In this document: piece by piece, positions 39,134 to 49,272 of the stretch | Position numbering within the stretch: position 1 is the first letter of the stretch | Layout of the letters: every line of letters starts with the position of its first letter | Assembly (NCBI GenBank): GCA_027459725.1 | Contig: DAIDHK010000002.1 | Span: forward strand, 35,752 to 99,751 | Length of the DNA stretch: 64,000 bases | Source: Candidatus Levyibacteriota bacterium | Lineage (GTDB): Bacteria > Patescibacteriota > Microgenomatia > Levybacterales > UBA12049 | Direction: 5' to 3' | The notes under the pieces: generated by a model | The model's input: only the letters and a program-made list of their open reading frames with translations | Told to the model about the DNA's origin: nothing | The model's database searches: none | Translations under genes and position numbers: made by a program

Positions 39134-40945
39134 TTATTTAACAGTCACGCTCTTAGCTAAATTACGAGGTTTATCCGGATCTAATTTTTTGAGCAATGCC
39201 ATATGATAAGCTAGTAGTTGTATTGGAACAATTTGAGCGATTATTGAAGCTTCGCCTAGATTTTTAACTTCCAACCAATAATCAAATACACTATTATTAA
39301 AAGGACTAATACCAATGATTACTCCTCCACGTGATTTAATTTCTGTAGCATTGGAAATAATTGCGTCATACGTTTCATCATTTGGAGCAAACACAATACA
39401 TGGGCTACCTTTACTAATTAGTGCCAGTGGTCCATGTTTTAACTCGCCGCCCGACAACCCTTCTGTATGGACATAACTTACTTCCTTAATTTTCATTGCT
39501 GCTTCTAAAGCTGTGGGATAAGAGGCACCTCTGCCAATGGTGTAGATATGTATCGCATTTTTTAAAAACTTTGCAATCTTTTCAATTTCTTTTGCAAATT
39601 TAGGTTCAAGAATTCGCTCAATTTCGTGAGCTACTGTTAATAAATCCCCCTTTGCTTTATCTGTTTCTCCTATCATTGAAAAAGAGAGGGAATATAGAAC
39701 AGCCAATTTAGCCACATACGCCTTGGTAGAAGCAACAGCTTTTTCCGGACCGGCACCCAGTAACAATTTATAATCTGCCATACGATACAGAGTAGAACCT
39801 AGTACGTTTACAATTGCTACTATTTTACTTTTTTTACTCTTTGCTCTTGTCAATGGCTCTACAATATCAATTGTTTCACCTGATTGAGAAAGTGCAATAA
39901 TCAAACTTTTACTATTTAGAAAATCTTCCAAATAATTAAATTCCGAAGCGAAGGCCATATTGACATGCAGTCGTGCAATTTTCGAAAAAAGATAAGTTCC
40001 GCTTAAACAAGCATATGCTGCACTTCCTGCTCCTATAAAAAACGTACCTTTCGACTTTTTAATTATCTGGCCCAGTGTATGTATTTGTTGAGTATAATTT
40101 TCTGCAATATTGCGGATAACTTTCGGCTGTTCATAGATTTCCTTCAACATATAATGTTGGTATTTACCCAAAGATGTATCCTCTATTTTCCAATTTACTT
40201 TTGTAAAATGGGGAGTTATTTTCTTACCATCTGGTAATGTTAACAAAGTAATATTTTTGCCCAAAATAACCATCTCGTCATCTTTAATAAACAAAACTTC
40301 GTTAGTATATTTTATGATTCCCGCTGTATCTGAAGCGATCATAAACCCATCTGAACTCTTGCCAACCACCAACGGAGAACCATTTTTGGCTGCAACGATT
40401 TCTGATGAAAGAGAATATGCCACAACCACAGCATTCATTCCTTTTAATTGATTAAAAGTATCTCTAACAGAAGTCGCAAAACCTTTAGTTTTCAAATTTT
40501 CTTCAATCAAATGAGGAATAATCTCTGTATCTGTTTCTGAAGTAAATTGATGTCCTTTACGCAGTAACAATTCTTTTAATTCAACATAATTCTCGATTAT
40601 ACCATTATGTACAACAGCAATATTTTTACTACAATCTAAATGAGGGTGAGCATTTTTTTCTAAGACTCCACCATGAGTAGCCCACCGGGTATGACCGATA
40701 GACAGATTTGAGGTATATTTTAATTTTCTTGATAATATGGCATCACCAATCTTACCTACATGTTTCTCAACCTCAAATTGTGATTTATTTTCATTCTTTC
40801 TTTTGTCACTTGTCTTGCGGATAGTTTGCATTTTACTTGCAACTCCCCAGGAATCATACCCTCGATACTCCATCAGTTTTAAACCTAATAAAACTAATTC
40901 AGAAGCATTGTTTTTTCTCCCGATATAGGCAAAAATTCCGCACAT
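39134..40945 (-). CDS. glmS: Glutamine--fructose-6-phosphate aminotransferase GlmS
   Basis: 603 aa. N-terminal MCGIFAY (Ntn Cys) and two SIS domains. Confidence 0.9.
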   Translation of the reverse strand: MCGIFAYIGRKNNASELVLLGLKLMEYRGYDSWGVASKMQTIRKTSDKRKNENKSQFEVEKHVGKIGDAILSRKLKYTSNLSIGHTRWATHGGVLEKNAHPHLDCSKNIAVVHNGIIENYVELKELLLRKGHQFTSETDTEIIPHLIEENLKTKGFATSVRDTFNQLKGMNAVVVAYSLSSEIVAAKNGSPLVVGKSSDGFMIASDTAGIIKYTNEVLFIKDDEMVILGKNITLLTLPDGKKITPHFTKVNWKIEDTSLGKYQHYMLKEIYEQPKVIRNIAENYTQQIHTLGQIIKKSKGTFFIGAGSAAYACLSGTYLFSKIARLHVNMAFASEFNYLEDFLNSKSLIIALSQSGETIDIVEPLTRAKSKKSKIVAIVNVLGSTLYRMADYKLLLGAGPEKAVASTKAYVAKLAVLYSLSFSMIGETDKAKGDLLTVAHEIERILEPKFAKEIEKIAKFLKNAIHIYTIGRGASYPTALEAAMKIKEVSYVHTEGLSGGELKHGPLALISKGSPCIVFAPNDETYDAIISNATEIKSRGGVIIGISPFNNSVFDYWLEVKNLGEASIIAQIVPIQLLAYHMALLKKLDPDKPRNLAKSVTVK

Positions 40946-40996
40946 ACTAGTTAAAGATGGGTTTCATTGTAGTTCTTTCTACCACAAAATCAAGTA

Positions 40997-42259
40997 CTAA
41001 TCTTCCATGGTGGAGGATACAATTTCTTGAAATTTAGTATAATATCTAGTTTTATCTGGAATATTAGATTTTATCATAGTATTAGGTCCCACTATCGTAT
41101 TATTTCCGATAATAGAGCCTGGTAGAGAAGATACATTTATACCAATTTTGATATTATCTCCGGCAATCACCCCCAAATTTTTAACTCCTGTGTTAAGAAC
41201 ATTTTCACCAATTTTAACAATAACTTCTTGTCGATCAAATCTTTTGTTGCCTGTGTTAAAACCAGCACCTACTCGACAATGTTGTCCAAAAACAGAGTCT
41301 CCGACAAATCCGGAATGAAAATGGGTATCTGAACTAATAATCGAATTACGTATCTCCATATTTGCACCTGCAATACAATTCTCACTTAGAATTGTACCTT
41401 CGCGTAGGATAGCATTATTTCCTACTACTGCCCTTCTCCCTATATAAACGGGCCCTTTCAAAACCGCGTTTTCCATTATTTTCGCACCTTCTTCAATTAT
41501 CACATCTCCATCTATAGTTGAATTTACTGCTATTTCTGCGGTATTAGAGATATATCTTTTTAAAGAATTAAATAAATATTTTTTTACCGAGAATATATCC
41601 CATGGGTATTTCAATGAAATACTCTCTTGATGAGTTTCAACATATGAAACAAGATTATTTTTAGCAAAATTAGAAAGTGAGGATTCAAAGTTATAATGTT
41701 CTAATTTGCTTTGTTCTAAAATTTCCAAGAATTTTAAAGGTATTAAATATATTCCTACTAATCTTAAGTTTGAAAGCTGGTCTTCTTGTCTAGGTTTTTC
41801 TATGATCTGTAGAACTCTATTATGCTCAACTTTTAAAACTCCAAACTTTGATATATCTCGTTCTTTTTTTGCTAATAGAACAGTTTGATCTTTGTGTACT
41901 TTTTCATTGATCATTACTTCTTTGAATTCCGGAAAGTCAACGTGATGAGCATGCATGACAAAAAATTCATCCTCTAAAAAATCTCTGGCTTGCAATAAAG
42001 CATCTCCCATTCCTAATGCTTGTGGTTGTTCTACTATTTTTATCTCTAACTGTAAATCCGGACATTTACTCATTAACTCTTTAAATTGTGCTGCTTTTTT
42101 AACAACAACCACCACATTTTTTATTCCGCTACGTTGTATCGACTTAAGGGTATGATAGATAATTGGTTTATCGAACAAAGGGAAAAAAGATTTATGTCCA
42201 TAATTTAAATAAGGATAAAATCTGCTTGAGTTTCCCGCTCCCAATAAAACTACTTGCAT
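40997..42259 (-). CDS. Bifunctional sugar-1-phosphate nucleotidyltransferase / hexapeptide (LbH) acyltransferase, archaeal-GlmU-like
   Basis: 420 aa. N-terminus VVLLGAGNSSRF (NTP-transferase fold). The C-terminus has left-handed beta-helix hexapeptide repeats. Confidence 0.6.
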   Translation of the reverse strand: MQVVLLGAGNSSRFYPYLNYGHKSFFPLFDKPIIYHTLKSIQRSGIKNVVVVVKKAAQFKELMSKCPDLQLEIKIVEQPQALGMGDALLQARDFLEDEFFVMHAHHVDFPEFKEVMINEKVHKDQTVLLAKKERDISKFGVLKVEHNRVLQIIEKPRQEDQLSNLRLVGIYLIPLKFLEILEQSKLEHYNFESSLSNFAKNNLVSYVETHQESISLKYPWDIFSVKKYLFNSLKRYISNTAEIAVNSTIDGDVIIEEGAKIMENAVLKGPVYIGRRAVVGNNAILREGTILSENCIAGANMEIRNSIISSDTHFHSGFVGDSVFGQHCRVGAGFNTGNKRFDRQEVIVKIGENVLNTGVKNLGVIAGDNIKIGINVSSLPGSIIGNNTIVGPNTMIKSNIPDKTRYYTKFQEIVSSTMED

Positions 42260-42269
42260 ATCATTAAAA

Positions 42270-43040
42270 TTATTTTTGATTATATACTTTTTGTGCCATT
42301 TCTAAATCAGCGAATGTATTGATACCAAACCAGGGCAGTTTTCCTGCACGCAAAATACCAACCTTAAAATTGCTTTTGAAAGCTATCTCGATTAAATCTG
42401 TCAAGTAGTACTCTTGGGACACCGAATTAACTTGTATAACTGGCAAATATTTCTGCAAGAATTGTTTATTAAAAATATATAGACCAGAATTAATTTCTTT
42501 TATTTTCTTCTGTTCTTCGGTTGCATTCTTCTCTTCCACAACTCCAATAATTTTGTTTTTTTTCCTCAAAATACGTCCTAATCCCTTAGGATTTTCTACT
42601 AAAAAACTAACTAGGGTTAATACATTTTTTTCTTTATGATGCTGATTTATGAATTCTTTTAGCAAGGTTAATGGATACATAGATGCATCATCACCATAAA
42701 TAACTATGACATCAGAAATGCCTTTAGAGACTTTCTCAAACCCTAGTTGCGTGGCATGACCAGTACCCAACTGTTGTTCCTGATCAGCAAAGATAACTTG
42801 AGTACCTTGTAAAGACGTAATCACTGAATCTCTAGCATAGCCAACGACTACAATAATAGATCCTAGGTACAAATTTTCAAACATCTTTACAATTCGTAAT
42901 ATAAGAGGCTGATCGTTTAAATAATGGGTCACCTTATTTTTATTTTCTGAATGCATTCTGGTACCTTTACCAGCTGCTAAAACAACAGCAGCAATATTTG
43001 AATAATTTTCCATCCTATTATATAAATTTAAAACGATCAT
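42270..43040 (-). CDS. Stand-alone GlmU-N-like UDP-GlcNAc pyrophosphorylase domain protein
   Basis: 256 aa. AAVVLAAGKGTRM and QEQQLGTGHA match the GlmU uridyltransferase-domain motifs. No LbH domain. Confidence 0.6.
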   Translation of the reverse strand: MIVLNLYNRMENYSNIAAVVLAAGKGTRMHSENKNKVTHYLNDQPLILRIVKMFENLYLGSIIVVVGYARDSVITSLQGTQVIFADQEQQLGTGHATQLGFEKVSKGISDVIVIYGDDASMYPLTLLKEFINQHHKEKNVLTLVSFLVENPKGLGRILRKKNKIIGVVEEKNATEEQKKIKEINSGLYIFNKQFLQKYLPVIQVNSVSQEYYLTDLIEIAFKSNFKVGILRAGKLPWFGINTFADLEMAQKVYNQK

Positions 43041-44377
43041 TCATCTTGCTCTTTTTTAATATTTGCCCCAAGCTTCTTTAACCGTTCGTCAAAATCTTCA
43101 TACCCCCGTCTAATAGTGTGCACACCATGAACTACGCTTTCACCATTAGCGATCAATGCAGCAACAACTAATGATGCTCCTGCTCGTAAATCAGAAACAC
43201 CAACTACACCATCATGTAATTTAGCAGGACCATAAATTCTTGCCGCATGGAAAAATTCGGGTCGATCATCATCAAAATTGAAATTATAAAACGCTTTTTT
43301 ATCTCTCACTTCAGGATTAAATAATTCAATTTTGGCACCCATTTTTTTTAACTGTGTAACATAACTGAAGCGATCTTCAAAAACGGTTTCGTGAATTACT
43401 GATTCACCTTCGGCTTGAGTCATTAAAACTGCCCATGGTGCTTGCCAATCGGTCATAAACCCTGGATAAGGTTGTGTCGTGACATCAACTGGTTTTAAAG
43501 GACCTTTATAGAAATACCTAATTCCATTTTCTTTTATTTCCAAACCTCCACCCGCTTGCGCTAATGCCTCATTAAACTCTTTAAGCCCGATTTCACTAAC
43601 TCCTTCAATAAAAACATCTCCTTTTGATGCCACAGCTGCAATAGCAAAAGTTACTACTTCATTTCTATCAGGAGCAATAGTAAATTCAGTACCATGCAAA
43701 CTCTCTACACCCTCAACTTCAATTTCTCGTATAGTATTCCTCTTTATTTTGGCACCCATTTTATTCAACAAATCAATTAACTCGTCAATCTCAGGCTCAG
43801 CCGCTGCATTATGCAAAAATGTTTTTCCCTTTGCTAAGGTAGCGGCAATCAACAAAGTTTCAGTACCAGTATGAGTATTTTTATTAAATCTATACGCACA
43901 TCCCCGCAGACCTCTTGTTTCGGCATGGAAGTATCCATCTTCGCTTTCATAATTAACTGTTGCTCCCAATTTAATTAATCCTTCAACTGTTCTATCAATA
44001 GGTCGCGCTCCTAGTCGACAACCTCCTGGATTTGGAATCACGGCATGATGTAAACGTGCTAACAATGGAGAGAGAAACATAGACGATGTACGTATATGTG
44101 CAGCTTGATCTAGAGTTATTTTATCCTTGATAAACTCTTTAACTTGAATTGTGGCAGTATGATCCTGCAAATCAACTGTTCCCCCCAATTCTTTGATAAT
44201 TTCTGCCATCACAAAGAAATCAGAAATCAATGGGACATTATGTATAATGACTGGCTCCGGCGTTAAACAAGCCGCAACAATAGCCTTTAAAGCCACATTT
44301 TTAGCTCCAGAAGGACGGACTGATCCTTTCAGAGCATTACCGCCGATAATAATATATTTTTGATTTCTGTTTTCCAT
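43037..44377 (-). CDS. murA: UDP-N-acetylglucosamine 1-carboxyvinyltransferase MurA
   Basis: 446 aa. Active-site-loop Cys in NPGGCRLGARPID. Confidence 0.9.
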   Translation of the reverse strand: MENRNQKYIIIGGNALKGSVRPSGAKNVALKAIVAACLTPEPVIIHNVPLISDFFVMAEIIKELGGTVDLQDHTATIQVKEFIKDKITLDQAAHIRTSSMFLSPLLARLHHAVIPNPGGCRLGARPIDRTVEGLIKLGATVNYESEDGYFHAETRGLRGCAYRFNKNTHTGTETLLIAATLAKGKTFLHNAAAEPEIDELIDLLNKMGAKIKRNTIREIEVEGVESLHGTEFTIAPDRNEVVTFAIAAVASKGDVFIEGVSEIGLKEFNEALAQAGGGLEIKENGIRYFYKGPLKPVDVTTQPYPGFMTDWQAPWAVLMTQAEGESVIHETVFEDRFSYVTQLKKMGAKIELFNPEVRDKKAFYNFNFDDDRPEFFHAARIYGPAKLHDGVVGVSDLRAGASLVVAALIANGESVVHGVHTIRRGYEDFDERLKKLGANIKKEQDE

Positions 44378-44441
44378 AAGTAAACAAACCCTAAAATACG
44401 AAATGTAAGGTTATTTTCTTATTCCTTCTACCTGGTATCGC

Positions 44442-45854
44442 TTAAGATATATCATCAATAATCTTATACACATCTCCCGCTCCAATAGTCACGATCAGAG
44501 TTTTAGGGGGATAAGAATGATTGTTAATGTATTTTACCACATCTACCAAATTTGCCTCATATTTTACTTTTTTACTTTTTGCTTCTATCGCTTCCGCCAA
44601 CATCAGAGAAGAAACACTAAAATCTGACTGCTCACGGGCCGAGGCAAAAATGTCCGTCAAAATAATTTCATCGGCTTCAGAAAAAGATTTTGAAAAATCA
44701 TCAAAAAAAGCCTTAGTACGCGAAGCTGTATGAGGTTGAAAAATGCAAACCAAATAATATCCAGGGAACATACTCCTTAGTGTCTTAAGACTAGCTTTTA
44801 TTTCCGTCGGATGATGACCATAATCATCATATAAGACATAACCTCTTCTACTATCTCCTCTATATTCCAATCTTCGTTTACTACCGCGGAAAATCTGCAT
44901 ATACATCTTAATATCGTCTATAGATATTCCCGCATTAATGCCAACAATTATTGCTGCTGCTGAATTCAATATATTATGCTCACCAGAGACATGCAGTATA
45001 AATTTATCCAAATCCTCACTTTTCCGTGCCAATGTAAATGTAGTTTCATGGGTTTTTACTTGTACATTTTTGATTTGATATTCATTTCGTTCGGAAAAAC
45101 CAAAACTTATTACTTGCGCGGGAGAATTCCCGCTTAGATCTAATAAATTTTTATCATCACCATTAATTATTAATAAACCAGTAGGATCTAGCTGCTGAAT
45201 AAAATTGGCGAATGCTTTTTTGACACTTTCGAGATCGGGATAGACATCAGGATGATCGTGTTCTAGATTTGTCATTACCAAAACTCTAGGATGCTGCCAG
45301 AGAAATTTAATTGTCCTGTCATACTTTGACTCAGTTACGTATTCATCTGCTTCTGCCACAAAGTAATCACCCTTACCCAGATGCCCTGCATATCCTAATG
45401 AGGGAATACTCGCCGTACCCACGACATAACTCGGATCTTTCCCTGCCGTAGTAAGTAAAGACGCTATCATTGCGCTAGTCGTAGTTTTGCCGTGTGTACC
45501 TGTAATTGAGATGCCGATAAACTTGCGATCCAAAATCTCACCTTGCATAAATTCGCCCACTGCTTGCGCCTGAGAAATAACTTGAATCCCTCGTTTCTTA
45601 GCAGCCACAACCTCAACATTGTCATAGCCTCCGTGTGCATTTGTTGTAATAACTAAATCAGGTTGACCAATATGATCAGCTGAAAATCCTTCAAAAACTT
45701 TAATATCATTTTTTGCCAACACAGAATCTGTAATAAAAACCTGAGGTATATCCGAACCTGTAACGTTAATTCCGGCTTGTTTAGCAATTATCGCTAGCGG
45801 TGTCATACCCACCCCCTTGATTCCTACGAAATGAATTGATTTAATTTTTTGCAT
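44442..45854 (-). CDS. murC: UDP-N-acetylmuramate--L-alanine ligase MurC
   Basis: 470 aa. IHFVGIKGVGMTPLAIIAKQAGINVTGSD is typical of the MurC N-terminus. Mur ligase central domain (GTHGKTTT). Confidence 0.85.
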   Translation of the reverse strand: MQKIKSIHFVGIKGVGMTPLAIIAKQAGINVTGSDIPQVFITDSVLAKNDIKVFEGFSADHIGQPDLVITTNAHGGYDNVEVVAAKKRGIQVISQAQAVGEFMQGEILDRKFIGISITGTHGKTTTSAMIASLLTTAGKDPSYVVGTASIPSLGYAGHLGKGDYFVAEADEYVTESKYDRTIKFLWQHPRVLVMTNLEHDHPDVYPDLESVKKAFANFIQQLDPTGLLIINGDDKNLLDLSGNSPAQVISFGFSERNEYQIKNVQVKTHETTFTLARKSEDLDKFILHVSGEHNILNSAAAIIVGINAGISIDDIKMYMQIFRGSKRRLEYRGDSRRGYVLYDDYGHHPTEIKASLKTLRSMFPGYYLVCIFQPHTASRTKAFFDDFSKSFSEADEIILTDIFASAREQSDFSVSSLMLAEAIEAKSKKVKYEANLVDVVKYINNHSYPPKTLIVTIGAGDVYKIIDDIS

Positions 45855-45883
45855 ATTTAATTTATGAATAAAAGCAAAAATTT

Positions 45884-46621
45884 TTATATACCCACTACAG
45901 TTGCAAAAACCTCACCTGTATCTTTTCTATCTCTGGCTCGAAAAGAAAAGAACTCATCTGCATGATCCTGTGTACACATCATAGCATCAAAAATATTCAC
46001 TTCCAGCAAACCAGCTGCAATCAATTGCCATTTTACCAGACTTTGTAAGCTCAAAAAAGGTTTATTATCTTCATAAGTTAAATAACCAATCGATTCTGAA
46101 TATTTGTTTTTAAATCTCATTGCCCGATCTTTTTTAATCGAGTAACAACATTCACGGATAGAAGGCCCAATTGCTGATACAATATCAACAGGGTCACTAC
46201 CCAAACTAATCATTTTATCTACTGTGTGCTTAACAATATTGGTGTATACTCCTTTGTATCCTGCATGTATTGCAGCAATAGTTTTAATTTTGTAATCGAA
46301 TAAAATTATAGGTAAACAGTCAGCAGTTTTTATAATTAAAAAAAGACCTTTCTCTTTTGTCAGCAAACCATCTGTTTCATTTTTTATAGAATTCTTATCC
46401 GATAACTTCACGAACTCTAAATTCGTTCCATGCACTTGATTCATGCCAACCACTCCTTGATAATCGGAGTCTACTAGTGAGGTAAAACTTTTTATTTTAC
46501 TTAAACTATCTCCCGATCCAAACTGCATGTCTTTCAACTCAACAGTTGAAAATCCATGTCGTAATCCCAAGTCATTAAGTTCTGATATCTGGTAAAACCC
46601 CCGTTTATTTTTTCTTAACAT
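45884..46621 (-). CDS. pgeF: Peptidoglycan editing factor PgeF (YfiH/DUF152 family)
   Basis: 245 aa. MNQVHG, TADCLPI and AIHAGYKG motifs. Confidence 0.75.
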   Translation of the reverse strand: MLRKNKRGFYQISELNDLGLRHGFSTVELKDMQFGSGDSLSKIKSFTSLVDSDYQGVVGMNQVHGTNLEFVKLSDKNSIKNETDGLLTKEKGLFLIIKTADCLPIILFDYKIKTIAAIHAGYKGVYTNIVKHTVDKMISLGSDPVDIVSAIGPSIRECCYSIKKDRAMRFKNKYSESIGYLTYEDNKPFLSLQSLVKWQLIAAGLLEVNIFDAMMCTQDHADEFFSFRARDRKDTGEVFATVVGI

Positions 46622-47828
46622 TCTTCCTCTTTTCCATCGCCTTTTCTACTGCCTCGTGGTCATCCCAATGAATTTCACCATAACCGAAATTCATAGAATT
46701 TTCATGACCTTTGCCAGTAATTACAACTATGTCACCTTTCTTCGCCAGGCTTATAGCTTTATCTATTGCTTCCTGTCTATCAGGTATTTCCAACAAATGT
46801 CCATCTTTAAATTTTTTATCAGTAATTCCAACCTTAATTTGATAATTTATTTCTTCTACTTTTTCACTACGAGGATCTTCTGAAGTGATAATAATAATAT
46901 CAGAATATTTACTGCTAGCTTCCCCCATTAATGGTCTTTTAGTGTGATCCCGAAGGCCTGCCGCACCAAAAACGTGTATAATTCTCCCTACACTATGCAT
47001 ATCTTCTTTAACGGATGACAATATTTGTTTTATTGCATTAGGAGTATGCGCAAAATCGATCATCACAGCGAAATCTTCATTATAGACAATTTCTTCCCGA
47101 CCAACCGGTGCACTAAAATCTAACAATGCGTTACGCACTTGGTCAGAATCAATTCCCAACTGCAAACAAACCGATATCGCTGCAAGGCAGTTATAAATGT
47201 TAAATTCGCCTATTAAATGATTTTTAAAAGGGAAAACTCTCGGATTTACATCGGATTTTGAATCTAGACCGTATGTGACAACTTTCAATCTTTTTTTTGT
47301 TTTAAGCCTTTCTATTTTAGAATTTATTTTTACGAAAGACTGATCATCTCGATTGATAACCGCAATCCGCGAATTCTGTAATAATTTAAATTTAGCTGAG
47401 ACATAGTTATCATAAGTTTTATGATAATCCATATGTTCATGAGTAATATTTGTAATTACACCAATTTTGAAAGGAATTCCAAAAACCCTATGCTGATCGA
47501 GACCATGTGAAGTTACTTCTAAAACGATATATTCAGATTTTGCTTTTACTGCTAATTTTATATATCGAAGTAAAGCCAAGGAATCTGGATTAGTAACATG
47601 AAATCCAGTATCATATGATTTCCCATCAATAACAGCTGCAACAGTAGAAACTAAAGAAACTTTCTTACCTGCTTGGCGTAAAATATGATAAATCATATTA
47701 GAAGTTGTAGTCTTACCATCTGTTCCTGTTATCCCTATAAATGTTACTCCTCGGGCAGGAAAACCATTTGCTACATGTGCTGAGATAGCTTGACCTAAAT
47801 GATAAACATTTTTTGCTCGTTGCCACAT
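46605..47828 (-). CDS. murE: Mur ligase, probably MurE (UDP-MurNAc-L-Ala-D-Glu:diamino acid ligase), lacking the usual N-terminal domain
   Basis: 407 aa. GITGTDGKTTT P-loop, plus EVTSHGLDQHRV and ITNITHEHMDYH (MurE-like; MurD/MurF carry SSFQL instead). Confidence 0.55.
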   Translation of the reverse strand: MWQRAKNVYHLGQAISAHVANGFPARGVTFIGITGTDGKTTTSNMIYHILRQAGKKVSLVSTVAAVIDGKSYDTGFHVTNPDSLALLRYIKLAVKAKSEYIVLEVTSHGLDQHRVFGIPFKIGVITNITHEHMDYHKTYDNYVSAKFKLLQNSRIAVINRDDQSFVKINSKIERLKTKKRLKVVTYGLDSKSDVNPRVFPFKNHLIGEFNIYNCLAAISVCLQLGIDSDQVRNALLDFSAPVGREEIVYNEDFAVMIDFAHTPNAIKQILSSVKEDMHSVGRIIHVFGAAGLRDHTKRPLMGEASSKYSDIIIITSEDPRSEKVEEINYQIKVGITDKKFKDGHLLEIPDRQEAIDKAISLAKKGDIVVITGKGHENSMNFGYGEIHWDDHEAVEKAMEKRKNVKKK

Positions 47829-47898
47829 AATTAATATTATATCGCTTTAAACACTTATATTATATACAAAATTAAATTAAAAGTGGTTTACGCATCAA

Positions 47899-48477
47899 TT
47901 ATTGTGCAATCTGGTGGATAAGTATCAAAAATTGATGGTAGTGAGTATAAAAAATATATCCACAGACTATCATTAGTATAGGAAAAACTACTAAGCGTTC
48001 AACCCAACTTCCCGTTTGTACACGAAAATCTTTATAAGGAGGAAAACCAAACCGATATGGAAGTGGTAACAGCCATGGCACACCTTCTCTAGTAATCGTG
48101 TCCATAACTAAATGTGAAAAATAGCCAATAATAAAGGCCCACCAAATAATATTCATATTTAAGTGCGGAAAGCTGGGAGTAAGTAGTATCAAAATATAGT
48201 GAAAACCAAATCCAAATATAGCAGCACCAATTAACGAATGTGAAAGAAAACGATGACCACCCAATAATTTATCAAATACACGCCCGAATAATCCTCCAAT
48301 TGGTAAGTTCTTCCAGAGTGGCGCTGTGGGTTGATCGATGTCGGGAGCAATGCCTCCTACTAAATTGGCAGTAATAGCCACTAATCCCGTAGCCAAAGAA
48401 ACAGAGTGAACAGGATGTGTAACTATAATATAAGACAGTGTTGTGAATGCTGCTAAATCATGTGTTCGTCCTGTCAT
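47899..48477 (-). CDS. Membrane-bound metal-dependent hydrolase (YdjM/DUF457 family)
   Basis: 192 aa. MTGRTHDLAAF N-terminus, His-rich, polytopic. Confidence 0.55.
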   Translation of the reverse strand: MTGRTHDLAAFTTLSYIIVTHPVHSVSLATGLVAITANLVGGIAPDIDQPTAPLWKNLPIGGLFGRVFDKLLGGHRFLSHSLIGAAIFGFGFHYILILLTPSFPHLNMNIIWWAFIIGYFSHLVMDTITREGVPWLLPLPYRFGFPPYKDFRVQTGSWVERLVVFPILMIVCGYIFYTHYHQFLILIHQIAQ

Positions 48478-48551
48478 ATTGCAATTATAAATTAAGTATA
48501 GTGTATTATATTAAAAGAGTAAATCAAAGTTAATTATTCTAAAATATCCGA

Positions 48552-48866
48552 ATGAAAACCATCACGATTACCAATGTCACAACTGCTATTAACTTAAAAG
48601 ATAAGATAATTGGTCTTCTAAATACCGCAGAAGCAAAACCTATTTTTTTTCAAACCCGCTGGGGAATTCATACTTTTGGAATGAAATATCCAATTGACGT
48701 TTTAATTCTGGATGACCAATATATTATTAAAGATTTAAGACAAAACCTTAAACCCTGGAGGTTGTTTACTTGGAATCCTATTTACCAATACGTAATCGAA
48801 CTGCCTTCAGGTATGATTAAAAATAAATCTTATACTAAAAATTGTAAAGTAATTCTTAAATTTTAA
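48552..48866 (+). CDS. DUF192 (COG1430) family protein
   Basis: 104 aa. RWGIHTFGMKYPIDVLILDDQ...YQYVIELPSG pattern. Confidence 0.55.
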   Translation: MKTITITNVTTAINLKDKIIGLLNTAEAKPIFFQTRWGIHTFGMKYPIDVLILDDQYIIKDLRQNLKPWRLFTWNPIYQYVIELPSGMIKNKSYTKNCKVILKF

Positions 48867-49075
48867 TCATCTTCTGCCAGTCTTGAGGCATGTCTCCATT
48901 CCTCAGAAGATTTTATATTATGTGTCTTTATCGCTTTCATTAAATCTCTTCCATAAACAACAGTCTTATCTGAAAGTCTGGTATCCTGTGGGTACAGTCT
49001 ATATTTGAATCGCAAAAATTCCCAATAGCGCTTTTGACAATTATGACATCCACAACCAATTGCATGCTTAAGCAA
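48863..49075 (-). CDS. Small Cys-containing hypothetical protein (frame stays open about 45 codons upstream with no ATG)
   Basis: HAIGCGCHNCQ motif. The track start is a TTG. Confidence 0.3.
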   Translation of the reverse strand: MLKHAIGCGCHNCQKRYWEFLRFKYRLYPQDTRLSDKTVVYGRDLMKAIKTHNIKSSEEWRHASRLAEDD

Positions 49076-49272
49076 CGAGTTACCCTCTTTTACAACAAAT
49101 TTATCAACAGCAGATCCTGCTTGTCCAGGTAAGGATTCCGAATATCCAGAACGAATATATCTATCAGGATTCTCATCGGGTGCATGCGGAATATATGTAA
49201 ATTCTAATCTTCTTATTAGCGTAAGATATCACTGTTTATACTCAATTTCAACTAGAATTAAAAAATGCTATA

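Noticed and set aside
40946-40996. Possible glmS ribozyme upstream of glmS
   Set aside because: The intergenic space is only about 50 nt and lies within an operon, too short for the glmS ribozyme.
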